Notes under the pieces: model-generated
The model's database searches: none
Told to the model about the DNA's origin: nothing
The model's input: only the letters and a program-made list of their open reading frames with translations
Part shown: positions 1-15,984 of the stretch, piece by piece
Layout: each line of letters begins with the position of its first letter
Position numbering within the stretch: the stretch's first letter is position 1
Program-made: the position numbers and the translations under genes
DNA from: Macrostomum lignano
Taxonomy: Eukaryota
DNA: 64,000 nt
NCBI GenBank assembly: GCA_002269645.1
Contig: NIVC01001414.1
Location: forward strand, 124,001 to 188,000
Direction of reading: 5' to 3'

Positions 1-2998
<2,998 letters not shown>

Positions 2999-3169
2999 TC
3001 AGCTCAGCCTCTGGCGGTCAGTGATGCAGAAATTTTTGTTTCTCTTCAGCGATTTGCAGACGACGGCAAATCCTTTAATTGCGGGAGTTATTGTGATTCA
3101 AGCTAATCGGTTAGTTCGAGCTTTATAGACAGGGTTTAAGGGATTTTGGGAGTTGATGCTCCCCTAAAG

Positions 3170-3550
3170 GAGAGGGAGAGATAAAAAGAGGTAGGAGAGA
3201 GGGGAAGAGGGTAAGAGAGAGTGGGGAAGAGGGAAAGAGAGAAGAGGGGAAGAGAGAGAGGGAAGAGGGGAATAGAGAGTGGAGAAGAGGGGAAGAGAGA
3301 GAGGGAAGAGGGGAAGAGAGAGAGGGGAAGAGGGGAAGAGAGATGAGAAGAGAGAGAGTGGGAAGATGGTCAGCGAGAGGGGAAGAAGATAAACGAGAGG
3401 AGAAGAGGGTAAGCGAGAGGGGAAGAGGGTAAGCGAGAGGGAAAGAGGGTAAGCGGGAGGGAAGGCGGGTAAGAGAGAGGGGGAGGGTAAGAGAGGGTGG
3501 AGGGTAAGAGAGAGGGCAAGAGGGTAAGATAGAGGGGGAGAGGGTAAGAG
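3170..3550. repeat. GA-rich low-complexity tract
   Basis: Purine-only degenerate GAGAGGGGAA/GGGTAAG repeats. Confidence 0.85.
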
Positions 3551-4576
3551 TAAAATACACAGCTGAGTAGTACTGAAGTATTTTTTCCTAAAATTAAACT
3601 AAAAGCTCATCATTCAATAAATCCTAGCATTTCATACGCGCTAGCAAGTAAGCTACAATGCCCTTATATATTTTTTTAGGCCAGCAGTAGAAGTAGCTGC
3701 TATACACATCTACTATACGCTATACGGGCCATGCCGTATGTCTGCAACGTATGAATGATTGATTGCGTTGTACTAACTAAGAATAATAATAATAATAATT
3801 AGGAAGGGATAGAGAAGTATAAGAATCTACCTATTCTACTTTACTAGCGGTTCTTTCTCTCTGTAGCAACAGCAGCAAAAGCAACATGGCCAAAAGCAGA
3901 AGCAAGTTTGGAAAAAATGCAACAACCCTAAACGTCTTATCTCTGCAGTTGAGGGTCTGGCTGGGTTGTGGGGTAGGGCCGGGTTATCGTGGCCTAACGC
4001 ATAGTATTGGTCAGCAACAGTCAGAGCGGGCCACTTCAGCCGAGCTGCCATGATTTCCTCCAGACTGCACAGCGCTGGCCTATATCTGAAGCTATAAAAC
4101 CGAGCATATATGCTTGAACGGTCAGGCAGATTGTGTAGCATCTGCATGTAATCAACAGGTGCTTAAAAATTGCGATGCGGAGTTTCCAAAACTGTTTAGG
4201 GGTAGTCGCTATCTGAAACTTCCAAACCGGCGCTAATAAACCTGTCAATATTAATGGCTTGGCCTAGCGGTATCAATGTATCAAGGCATTTAAAAAACAC
4301 AATTTTTTATTATTTTTCATGCATGCTGATGGCATTATCGAAATCTGTGTGTGTGTGTGTTGGATAGAAGTCTGCGAATTGATGCAGTCGGGAGCGGGGA
4401 ATGAAGGCTTGGCATTTCTCTTATCTAAGCTGCTTCTGGGGTTTGGCCTTGTCGGGCCTCTCCTGCTGTATACAGGTTAATCAGTTTTTGCGACAGTATT
4501 TTTTTAATCCGTAGACCTAATCGTGCTATTTGGCTTAGAAAATTAATGGTGAATTATTGAAGAATGCGAAGCTTAC

Positions 4577-4890
4577 GTGAAGTTTGTGGTTTGAGTGATG
4601 TTTGTGATTTGTGTGATGGTTGTGATTTGTGTGATGTTTGTTATTTGTGTGATGGTTGTGATTTGTGTGATGGTTGTGATTTGTGTGATGTTTGTGATTT
4701 GTGTGATGTTTGTGATTTGTGTGATGTTTGTGGTTTGCGTGATGTTTGTGATTTGTGTGAAGCGGCTAATTTTTGTGAAGTGGCTTACTCGTATTTGTGT
4801 GGAGCGGCTTATTTGCGTGAAGCGGCTTATTTGCGTGAAGCGGCTTATTTACGTGAAGCGGCTTATTTGCGTGAAGTGTCTAACTTGTGT
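4577..4890. repeat. 18-bp minisatellite (TGTGATTTGTGTGATGTT grading into GTGAAGCGGCTTATTTGC)
   Basis: Direct tandem periodicity. Confidence 0.85.
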
Positions 4891-5539
4891 GACCAGTTTG
4901 TGTGAATTTCGATAGGAATTCCTTGTTGGCTGAATTCAGTCCAGAACTCTTTTTACGCAGCCGAAGTTTCTGCACTGCCTGATTTGTTTTGTGTGTTTGT
5001 AACGCGATCTTAGTGGAAATTATGTATGAATTTCCTGCTGCCACCGCTTGCTGTTTGGCAGCCATTAAATAATACTGTGTAAATTATTAATTATGATTAT
5101 GTATATTGTTGATATATACATTCTGAATGGCTCTCTCGGGCTTTCTTCTCTGTGCAAGGCGATACCAGAGACTGGTGAGAGAAATATAAAAATAGCAAAG
5201 TCGTCAGCCAATTCTCAAGCTGGTCTGGAGGGGGGAGCCAATCCTTGAATGCTTCTGCTGCAGTTTTTTTAAGCTTGCTTCGTCATGCCTTGTGCTTCAA
5301 GCTCGAGGTTGACCAGAAACTGGCACAGGCATCTGCAAAGTCTTGTATATTTGCTTAGAATTTGGTAGAATTTCTTGCAACTGAGAACTTCTCGTGCATG
5401 TGTGCCATTTAATGTTGCGAGTTTTGCCAACTGGGGTGGGGGGTTGGGAACGCTTTGTTACTTAGATTGATGCTTATGGATAATGACTTGGATCAGTGCG
5501 CCACTCATGGTTCAACTGATTTCCTTATGTCCTCGGCTT

Positions 5540-5960
5540 TTCCCTCTCTACTCCTCTCTTCTTGCTCTTCATCTCTTCTCCCTCTCTTCTTCATCTATTC
5601 ATCTCTTCTCCCTCTCTTCTTCATCTCTTCATCTCTTCTCCCTCTCTTCTTCATCTCTTCTCCCTCTCTTCTTCATCTCTTCATCTCTTCTCCCTCTCTT
5701 CTTCATCTCTTCTCCCTCTCTTCTTCATCTCTTCATCTCTTCTCCCTCTTTTCTTCATATCTTAATCTTTTCTTCCTCTCTTCTTAATCTCTATCTGTTC
5801 TCCCTCTCTCTTTTTCATCTCTTTATCTCTTCTTCCTCTCTTCTCCAACACTTCTTCCTCTCTTCTCTAACACTTCTTCCTCTCTTCTTCATCTCTTCTC
5901 CCCGTCTTTTCCCTATCTCCCCCCTCTATTCCCTCTCTTCTCCTCTCTCCTTGTGCTATT
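5540..5960. repeat. CT-rich low-complexity tract
   Basis: TCTCTTCTTCATC-type repeats. Confidence 0.85.
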
Positions 5961-6917
5961 CTTCCTCCCCCCCCAGTAACAATTGATTTCCAACTGATTG
6001 CAACTCTTTCCCTTCTTGGTGCTAGTGTATCCGTAGTGACTCATCGTATTCAGACTTGCTTTGTACGTATTTCGGACCCATTCAATAAGCCACTGGCTGA
6101 TGCGGCACAGTGCAGCGTCATTCACTTTACTTACAGCGGACCGCTCCCCCCCCCCTCTATCGTCAGTCTGTCAGTCAGTCAGTCAGCCAGTGCTATACAG
6201 TGCAACCTATAACTATAACTAATAGGCATTGAAACCCCTGCCAAGCAGTCCCAGGTGTCAGATATTATGTATTACATATACGCTATAGAGGCAAGAGGTA
6301 TTTATAGTACGATGTTGATTCTTTCTTTCTTACATTCGTTGCTTCCTTGATCTCTCCCCAAGCCCGCTCTGTCCATGGTGTACAGTCAAGATGGAGATTT
6401 TTATCCCCTAGAGAAAGTGACGCCCGGCGTAAACACAACAGTTTGAGAGGCTTACAGAATGCATTCTACGGAAGTATAGGAGAATGACTCCATCCGGTAG
6501 GCCAACGCTACTGATCTGTCACGAGTGCAGTCGCAAATATTTTAATCCGTCGCTCTTATTTGTAGTAGCTCCCCCCCTTCCCTGGTTCGTTCTGGAATTG
6601 CCTGCTGCACAGCTTTTTTTGACATTTTGTGACTTTTTTCTCTGCCTGCCTACCCGCCTGTCTGGCTGGGCTGGATGGAGGGACAGTGGCTCTTGACTTA
6701 TCTTCATATCTGGACACTTGTAAGCGCTTCCCGTCAAAAAAATTACCAGTAGGTAACGTACGTACTACTTAGATCATGCCAAACTGGACCAGGCAGTGTT
6801 ACTGAAACTACGCTAATGTATAGCATTCAAGCTTTCTTTATTGGCTCTGGAATAAAATATTTTACAAATTGCACCATTTGGATACAAACTGACATTCATT
6901 TTGACTTGTTCTCGCTG

Positions 6918-7500
6918 ACAACTGACACCTCCCAGTCTCAACTGACACCCTCCAGTCTTAACTGACACCCTCTAGTCTCAACTGACACCCTCTAGTCTCA
7001 AGTGAAACCCTCCAGTCTCAACTGACACCCTCCAGTCTCAACTGACACCCTCCAGTCTCAAGTGACGCCCTCCAGTCTCAACTGACACCCTCCAGTCTCA
7101 AGTGACGCCCTCCAGTCTCAACTGACACCCTCCAGTCTCAACTGACACCCTCCAGTCTCAACTGACACCCTCCAGTCTCAACTGACACCCTCCAGTCTTA
7201 AGTGGCACCCTCCAGTCTCAACTGACACCCTCCAGTCTTTACTGACACCCTCCAGTCTCAGCTGACACCCTCCAGTCTCAACTGACACCCTCCAGTCTCA
7301 ACTGACGCCCTCCAGTCTCAACTGACACCCTCCAGTCTCGGCTGACGCCCTCCAGTCTCGGCTGACACCCTCCAGTCTCAACTGACGCCCTCCAGTCTCA
7401 ACTGACACCCTCCAGTCTCGGCTGACGCCCTCCAGTCTCGGCTGACACCCTCCAGTCTCAACTGACGCCCTCCAGTCTCAACTGACACCCTCCAGTCTCT
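6918..7500. repeat. 20-bp minisatellite (ACTGACACCCTCCAGTCTCA)n
   Basis: About 28 near-identical units. Confidence 0.95.
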
Positions 7501-8384
7501 AGTAACACATAATCCACTAAACCCTTATGATTTGTTGTTAATGCATAAGTATATAAAGTTTGCTAAATTTTTAAACTTAATACCCTTTAAAACGCATCAA
7601 ACCTTTGCCCAGATCCTGGCCCAATCTGCCTTGAGACCAACGTCAACACGGGAATTCCGCAGCCTTGGAGGTCGCTAATTTTCAAGGTATTTTTCTGCAT
7701 CTTCGTCATTATTTTTACAGTTTTTCAAAAGCCTCCACTTATTGTTGTCTTTCTGCATTTACTGAAAAAATAAAAGCAACACTTCCTTGCATTTCTACTT
7801 ATACTAGTGACTTAGTAGTATGCTGTGATTGATTTAGTGAGTTTTTAGTTCTTTTCGGAGAAAACCAAGAAATTTGGTTTTCAAGCTTCAAAGCGATTCT
7901 GTTGGACCTATGCGGGTTTAATAAATCAATCAGTGAGCATTGCTTTTGCAACCACTTCTCACTCTGTTTTTCTGTTGACTTTATTTATTTCTTTTATTTG
8001 ACTTTTTTATCTATTGTAGGACTGCTGAGTGGTGTTGGGACTAGCTATAGGCTAATCAGCTTTTATTTAAACACAGCTGTCAAACTCTCTCTAACTGATT
8101 TATGAGGTCAAATTGGAAGTTGCGAACTCTCCTAGGGCAGGTAGGTAGGTAGGTAGGTAGGTAGAGAGTAGGTTTTTCGATATGTTTGTTTTGAGTGCTC
8201 TTGATTGTACACCCTCTGAACTTTTATCTGTGTTTTGCAGATTTTTTATTCATTGATGTCTGCATCCACTCATCCGAATTCGCAATCCTCCCGTTTCTGC
8301 TCTCCCCTGCCTCTCGAAGCTTCATCTGTCTCTTGTCGTCTGTCCTGCGCTCTCCTCCCATCTATTTAATTCTCTCTCCTCTCC

Positions 8385-8815
8385 TCCAATCTACTCTCTC
8401 TACCCTGCTCTCTCCACTCTACCCTCTTGACTCTACTCTCTCGAGTCTACTCTCTCGACTCTACTCTCTCGAGTCTACTCTCTCGAGTCTACTCTCTCCA
8501 CTCTACTCTCTCGACTCTACTCTCTCGACTCTACTCTCTCGAGTCTACTCTCTCCACTCTACTCTCTCCACTCTACTCTCCACTCTACTCTCTCCACTCT
8601 ACTCTCTCCACTCTACTCTCCACTCTACTCTCTCCACTCTACTCTCTCGAGTCTACTCTCTCGAGTCTACTCTCTCCACTCTACTCTCTCCACTCTACTC
8701 TCTCCACTCTACTCTCCACTCTACTCTCTCCACTCTACTCTCCACTCTACTCTCCACTCTACTCTCTCCACTCTACTCTCTCCACTCAACTCTTTTCACT
8801 CTACTCTCTCCCCTC
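8385..8815. repeat. 14-bp minisatellite (CTCTACTCTCTCCA / CTCTACTCTCTCGA)n
   Basis: Direct tandem periodicity. Confidence 0.9.
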
Positions 8816-9671
8816 TACTCTTTCAGCTCTCCACTTTTCCCACTACTCCCTCACTCTAGTATCTTTTCTCTCCAGTCTCCTCTCTACTGTATTTTATCAG
8901 GAATGTCATTTTTTCGATTTCTCCACAGCCACTTCGACTTGTAAACAAAATAGTTGATACAGTGTTTCACCGGCACAGATTGCCTCAAATATAGGGAAAC
9001 AAATGCGGTTGATACTACTTCACCCTATCTTTGCATTGCGTTGGGCGGAGCACACGAATAAAGAGGGTGAGGTTGCTAGCGGCCTCTCTTCCCCTCTTCC
9101 CCTTTCTCCCTTTCCTGCCCAAGCAGGACTTCAACTCTCTCCCCAACCCCTCCTCACATCGCGGGCCCCTGTCTGTCGCCGCCGCCGCCTCCTCATGCCG
9201 CCGGCCGGCCGCCTTTCAACCAATCTGGTTGTTCTGGTTTCTCTCTCCGTGCCGCCGCCGCCTCCGCCGCCGAATTGTGTCTCTCAGTCCTGTGTGCGCG
9301 CGGCCGCCCCTCTGTCCCTCCTCCTCTGCCGCCTCCTCTCCCCCTCCCCTCTCTCTGCTCCTGTCAATCTCAAAAAGCGGAGCGGCGGCCTCCCCACCCC
9401 GAAAGCTCGCCAGAACGAATCAATAATAAGAATCGGCGGTACAAGTATAGTTTGCGATATTTTCTCTCTCAAAAAATCAGCTAAGTTTTAGAAGAGATTC
9501 GAAAACAAAAATACTGTCTTTTTGTTTAAGAAGAAAGGCCAAAACAGTAGCTCCATTCATCTTGTTAATTGTTTCATCTTGGTTAAAGGTAGGTAATGTG
9601 ACACTACCACTACTGTTAGTTTTCTGTGTGTTAACTGCATTTTTGTGTCCAAGATTCGTTCAGAGGGAGAT

Positions 9672-10310
9672 TCTTGTCTGTAGCTTGTGATTTCAGTGAG
9701 TGAGAGGGGCGATTCTTCAGGGGCGATTTTTGTCTGTAGCTTGGGATTTCAGTGAGTGAGTAAGGGGCGATTCTTCATGGGCGATTTTTGTCTGTAGCTT
9801 GGGATTTCAGTGAGTGAGAGAGGCGATTCTTCAGGGCGATTTTTGTCTGTAGCTTGGGATTTCAGTGAGTGAGTAAGGGGCGATTCTTCATGGGCGATTT
9901 TTGTCTGTAGCTTGGGATTTCAGTGAGTGAGAGAGGCGATTCTTCAGGGCGATTTTTGTCTGTAGCTTGGGATTTCAGTGAGTGAGTGAGGGGCGATTCT
10001 TCAGGGGCGATTTTTGTCTGTAGCTTGTGATTTCAGTGAGTGAGTGAGGGGCGATTCTTCAGGGGCGATTTTTGTCTGTAGCTTGTGATTTCAGTGAGTG
10101 AGAGAGGGGCGATTCTTCAGGGGCGATTTTTGTCTGTAGCTTGGGATTTCAGTGAGTGAGTGAGGGGCGATTCTTCAGGGGCGATTTTTGTCTGTAGCTT
10201 GGGATTTCAGTGAGTGAGTGAGGGGCGATTCTTCTGGGGCGATTTTTTTCTGTAGCTTGGGATTTCAGTGAGTGAGAGAGGCGATTCTTCAGGGGCGATT
10301 TTTGTCTTTT
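9672..10310. repeat. 54-59 bp minisatellite (TGTCTGTAGCTTGGGATTTCAGTGAGTGAG..GGGGCGATTCTTCAGGGGCGATTTT)
   Basis: About 11 units. Confidence 0.93.
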
Positions 10311-10369
10311 TGGGATTTCAATTTTATGTAAAATTTGATTGCGACTTTAAGGCAGGCAAATTTTGTTAG

Positions 10370-10760
10370 GATTATAAAAAAAGGAAGCTGGAAAGGAGCC
10401 CCACTTCTAGACATCTTTGTGCTTTGTATCTAGTCCCGTTAAAGTAAGTAGAACTGATTGATGTATAATAAGGGTATTTCATTTACAGAATGGATTTTAG
10501 TAGAGTGGATGTGGGCCTTTATCTATAATCTATTGAAGCATCTCCCTGGTGCATTTAAGTCTATATATGGTAGGTTTATATATAGAGTTTCTTAATCGTA
10601 TGTACCTGCAGGATGTGCTTCAGTAGACACACTTTTGTAAAAGTTTGAAAAATATAACTGATGCATTGCTTGGGTCACTTGACAGCTTGTTGAAGTATTC
10701 TTTGTCAGAAACCCATACGATATCTTTGTCCTTTTCTAAACCTTATTATACTGTCGGTCT
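10370..10760 (-). mobile_element. Possible highly degraded Penelope-like reverse transcriptase remnant
   Basis: Broken minus-strand frames give YFNKLSSDPSN, KPTIYRL and YFNGTRYKAQRCLEVGLLSSFL. These resemble PLE RT motifs (YxxLxxDPT, PxFYGLPK, YFxFNGxYYxQxxGLAMGSPLS). Many stops and deletions. Confidence 0.3.
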
Positions 10761-11444
10761 TTATCATGCCAGCATATTTGTCCTTGGTGACTTGGTCAGG
10801 GCAAGGAAATCTTCACATGGCAGAAAAACCTTACTATCTGCATAACCGATTTTAACTGTAGTGAAGAACTCAGATTTTTTTCTAGACCGTTAATCAGCGG
10901 CTTGTCTAATCAATGAATCAGTGAAATTCCGTTCAAATATGGCCCTGGCCTTGAGACTTGGCCCCGCGCAACCGGCCCCTCTAGTCTTGGTTCGCATATG
11001 TATGGATATCAGATGGAAACTTCACAGACTTGTCAACTTAGTGCGGGACGAGTGGGGATAGGAAGGGCAAGTTCTGGGAAATAAAATATCCTATAGGGAG
11101 GCATTGTTCAGGACCAGGTGGTGTTGGAACTTCACCATTGGCGTCAGTTAGTCTATTTTTCCGTTTTTTTTAATTCGAACTTCTTTCTGACCGACCGAGT
11201 CTGCTGAACTGGATTCTGTGGGCAGACTTCGATGAAGATGAAGTGGCTGTTGTGGAGGCTTGTCAAGTGTTAGTTGGCGCCAGAAAAGTTGCTATTTAAT
11301 CTGAGCAGCATTGCGTATTGATAGTATTTAGTACTAGGATGGGTCTATATAATTTCTTACCTGAGCACTATTTTCAAAGGAGACAAAGGTGCTACTACTC
11401 TGGGAAAGTTGGTGCCACAAGTGTAACTAACATCATATGATTGG

Positions 11445-11795
11445 CGCTACAACAAAGTAAAATGGCGCCACAACAAGGAGAAATGGCGCCAAAAGTGAAC
11501 ATCATATGATAGGCGCTACAACAAAGTGAAATGGCGCTACAACAAAGAGACATGGCGCCCACAACAAGGAAAAATGGCGCGCACAACAAATAGAAATGGC
11601 GCCCACAACAAAGAGAAATGGCGCCACAACAAAGAGAAATGGCGCCACAACAAAGAGAAATGGCGCCCACAACAAAGAGAAATGGCGCCACAACGAAGAG
11701 GAATGGCACCACAACAAAAAGAAAAGGCGCCACAATTGTAACATCATATGATTGGCGCTACAACTAAGAGAAATGGATGGCGCCACAATTTGCAA
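11445..11795. repeat. About 21-bp GGCGCC-core minisatellite (AAATGGCGCCACAACAAAGAG)n
   Basis: Direct tandem periodicity. Confidence 0.9.
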
Positions 11796-12944
11796 ACATT
11801 ACCAATAAATATTAGGCGCTATATGACATAGGCGAACACTGCTATTACAAGTTGTTTTGGGAATATTTTTTCAGTTAATTATTGATCAATTGATTATGAT
11901 AATGGGATTGAAAAAATATATGATAACTAACAGTAACACCATCGGTAGTTGGCGATGGTGACTTATTTACTAATACTCCTAGTATTAAATGATAATATTA
12001 GTAGAGTTCCGCGCCTACTTAACTGGCCTTCAACAGTTCGCGGGCCCCCCTGCCTTGCTGGCGCGTGATTTATGCTTCAGTTTGGTAGCTAAGCAATATA
12101 TTAATATGGTAGTGCCTGAGCTGTCGGACTCTCTAGCAAAAAATGATATTATACGAGGGCGGAGCACAAAGCTGAGGACAGGTCTTGAATCATTCTCTAA
12201 AAAATGTGCTGGCTTCAAGGCTCAGGCGGCTCTGCTTTTGCTAGTACTTGGCGTTGGTCTTTTGTGAAGGAATGGAGGTTTTTTGTTCAGGTTCGCAGAG
12301 TGTGCAGGGAGCCTTGGCAGCGGTGGTAAAGTGGCTTCTTAATAATAATAATGCTTTCCTTTTTTTGAAAAAGAAGAAATGGCAAGGAAGGGTATAAGGG
12401 CCAAGGAGGGGTGGACAGTGGAGGTGGGTCATAAGAGAAGGCGGTAGGTTGCAGCAGATCTCTTCTCTCTCTCTGCTATTGTGTGTAAGAAGACACCATG
12501 CCGGCACCCCGCACCGCACTGACGGTGGCAGTATCTGTATTCCATATATTCTGCCGCTTTATCTTTAAATAAGCGGGCCCGTTTAAGAGCCAACGCGTTG
12601 GAATAGGGCTTAGTTACAGAGTCTTGGCCCTGTCAATCAAGCTTAAATAGATATAATGGCTTTAGAGTCTCCCTGCCCACGCTTGTGTCGTGTGTTATTA
12701 TTAAATTTATATATATTATGTTTTTTATTAGACAGCGCAGCCTTGTTTTTCTATATTATTAGCATTGTTGAAATATTAACTAGTATTTAAGTCTGTTATT
12801 TCCTGTTGCACCTGTATTGCACTTTGTCTATCTCAACTATCCAACTGGTTAGCGCTGTTCCCATGGATTTTATGATGGGCTGAGGGAACAAAGCCGGGAA
12901 TCCTATAGGAATTGGTGTAATTAGTACCGATTTTAGGCGCCGCA

Positions 12945-13185
12945 GGCATTCATTTTGGCGTTACGGGCACTCATTTTGGCGCCACAGACAGGCACTCACT
13001 TTGGCGCCACCGACAAGCACTCATTTTGGCGCCACAGAAGGCACTAATTTTGGCGCCACAGACAGGCACTAATTTTGGCGCCATAAACAGGCACTCATTT
13101 TGGCGCCACAGACAGGCACTAATTTTGGCGCCACAGACAGGCACTAATTTTGGCGCCACAGACAGGCACTCATTTTGGCGCCGCC
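12945..13185. repeat. About 25-bp GGCGCC-core minisatellite (TTTTGGCGCCACAGACAGGCACTCA)n
   Basis: About 9-10 units. Confidence 0.9.
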
Positions 13186-14304
13186 CTAAAGCAAGATTTT
13201 TAATTTCCAAGACGAGTCATAATGTGTGGGGACCAAGGGACAATAGGGGACATGTCCCCCCACAATGGCGAGACCTCTGCAAGTGGTGACGCTTTTAAAA
13301 AACACCTGTGGCTTTGTTATTTATCGCCAGAAAGAATGAATCTCATTAGTAAAAACCTGCTGCTAATAGATATTGACGCTTATAAAAATGGATTTAATCA
13401 GTCCTTGAGTACACATGCAATTCCTTGCTGCGCAGTTTGCAGCTGTTTGCATGGCAAAGCGCTTCTCTGTTTGGTTAAGGCTATTCCTCTCTGGGGATCT
13501 GTATCTCAGCACACACGGGCTTAGATTTGTATCAGAGAGGATGGCGATGCTCTCAACAGTGTTTGGTACAGAACTGATTTCTCTTACATTATCCGCATTT
13601 CTTCTTTTTATCTATCTCTCTGCTTGGCCTATTTAAGCTCCGCTCTGACTGTTCTGTCATCTTTGCGGGTGAGCTTGTGTGTGTGTCTGTGTGTGTGTGT
13701 TTGCTCTCCTGCCTACCCTGTTCAAACTCTTGTTCCTGGAAATCTCTGCGAGTCTGTACAAATTCATCATCTTAATTCCTCATCCGCGTGGCCCGCCATA
13801 TTTGAGAGGGTGGGGGGGGGGGGTGAAACGCTGCCAAGGCATTTTATCGAGTCTTATCATATATTGAAGCTGCCATTTCTCCCCTCCCCAGTTCGGTTGG
13901 GTAATGTCAAAATGCCATTCGCTGTCTTTATCTTTTGTATGCGCGAGTCTGCTTTCAAGTCTGGTTTGAGATTCTTTTTCTTGAGTTCTCTTACACAGTT
14001 TCTGTCTCTCTCTCTCTCTCTCTCTCTGCAAAATTTCACTGTTCTCGTAACTGTTTTAGTTGCGCTCTCTTTGTGTCTGTATGGTATATAAATAGCCGGT
14101 TAGTTGAGAGATGAAGAATGCAAGTTAATAGAGAGAGAGGCAAGGTTCTGACAAGCTATACACAGATCAGGTAGACTCTGATATAATAGGCAAAGTGAGG
14201 CAACTATCCTGATTCAATAACTATTGGCTAATTTCAGGCGCTGGCCCGCACCCGTTTGCTGGCAACGCGGGAGACTCAGCAGCAGCAGCAGCAGCAGCAG
14301 GAAG

Positions 14305-15861
14305 ATGGCAACAGCGGCCCAAGCTCTGGTTGAGGCTGCTAAAAGCGGCAGCGCCAGCGGGGGCGGCGCTTCAGCTTCGGCATCTTCGGCGGCGACCACT
14401 GCAAGCGGCTCAACAGCTGCTGCACCGGCGGCGTCCTCAGCTCGCCAGATGCTGCTGTGTCGGGCGGCGGCGGCGGCTGCGGTGGCGGCAGCGGCTCAGC
14501 AGCAGCAGCAGCAGCATCAGCATTTGTTGAAACGCGAGCCGCCCGGTGTGAGCTCAGCAGACGAGGTGCTCCTGTCCCACCGGTTCTGCGACGATTCTGT
14601 GGATCAGGACGAGCTGGAGGAAGAGGAAGACGAGGAGGCGGCGCGGCGACGCAAGCCGCTCCCGGCGGTGTCCGCGTCGGCAAGGAAAGCCGCTCCGCTG
14701 GCCGCCGTCTGCAGCATCCAGGGAAAGCCGGCTTCGTCATCATCCGCGGCAGGGGCGGTTCGCAGCAGCAGCAGCAACAGCAGCAGCAATAACAACAACA
14801 ACAACAATGACGATCTGGCAGCCTCAGACGAGGTGAAGAACTACAACAACGAAGACGACGAAGAGATCGACGTTGGCGGCGTCGGCTGCAGCGGAGACTC
14901 GTCTGGAGGTGGCGCCGATCCGGCCGAGAATTTGAAGCAGGACAAAACCGACCTGGTCGAGGAGGGCGAGAAAGCCGCTTTGTGGCGGCCGTATGAGACC
15001 ACTGCGGTGGCCGCCGCGGCTCCGGTGCAGCCTCAGCTACCGCATCATCAGCTGCCGCATTCCATCGGGCACCTGCCGCCTCCGCCGCTGCACCGGCCGT
15101 TCGGCAGCAGCGCCGGAAGCTCCGCCTCCCAGCAGCAGCACCGGATCGACATGGCCGCCGCTGCCGCTGCCGCCGCCGCTTTTATGCCGCCGCCTACGCC
15201 GTATCATCCTCACGTGCACCAGCAGCAGCACCAGCAGCCTCATCACTCCCTGTTCACCGGCTCCCCGTCGCCGCAGCCTCCACTCGGCTATCCGAGCCAT
15301 CACAGCATGCCGCAGCTGCACCAGTTCTTCAACCAGTACGCCGCTCTGGCCTCCTTCATGCATCATCCGGCTGCCCCTCAGCGGCCCTCTCCCTTCCCTG
15401 CGCCTCATCAGCAGCATCAGCAGCAGCCTCAGAGGCATCAGCAGCAGCAGCATTATCACAAGCAGCACCTGCACAGGTCGCCTCCGCCTCCGGTGTCGCC
15501 ACTGAGCTGCGCGACTGCTGCATCGTCGACTTCTTCATCGAGTGCCACCGCAGTTGTCCCGCCGACAATTAGTCGGGTGTCCGGCAGCGGCACCAGTTCT
15601 CAGCATCGAATCCAGCATCATCAGCAATCATTGAGTAAAGCCGCATTACGTCAGCAGCTTCATCGTCATCCGTCTCAGTCTCAGTCCCAGTCGCAGCAGC
15701 AGCAGCCGCAGTCGCAGGCGCTGTTTCCCAGCCATCCCATGCTTCCTTCGGTGCCTTCAGCGGCTGCGGCGGCGGCTGCGGCAGCTGCGGCGGCAGCAGC
15801 GGCGGCTTCGGGCATGCGACTGTTTGACAACCTGCAGCCGCACGCGTCCCCTCGAGTTCCG
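14305..15861 (+). CDS. TCF/pan: TCF/LEF (pangolin) N-terminal coding exon with beta-catenin-binding domain
   Basis: DDLAASDEVKNYNNEDDEE (14809-14865) and AENLKQDKTDLVEEGEK (14923-14973) match the two halves of the CTNNB1-binding domain (DDLGANDELISFKDEG / DLADVKSSLVNESE type). Poly-Q/A/H transcription-factor composition. Strong donor CCG|GTAAGT after 15861 (phase 0). The start Met at 14305 is a best guess. Confidence 0.82.
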
Positions 15862-15984
15862 GTAAGTTGTCTGAGTTCATTTTTGGATTTTGTAGAAGTG
15901 TGTCCATTGCGTCACTTATTGGGTCAGCCTTTAAGGCAGTCGTGGGCTCCCTTTGCTATCGGTTTTGGCAAGTAATGCCAAAAT

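Noticed and set aside
9100-9595. GC-rich island with donor-like AAG|GTAGGT as the TCF promoter or first non-coding exon
   Set aside because: Plausible, but it cannot be supported without transcript data.
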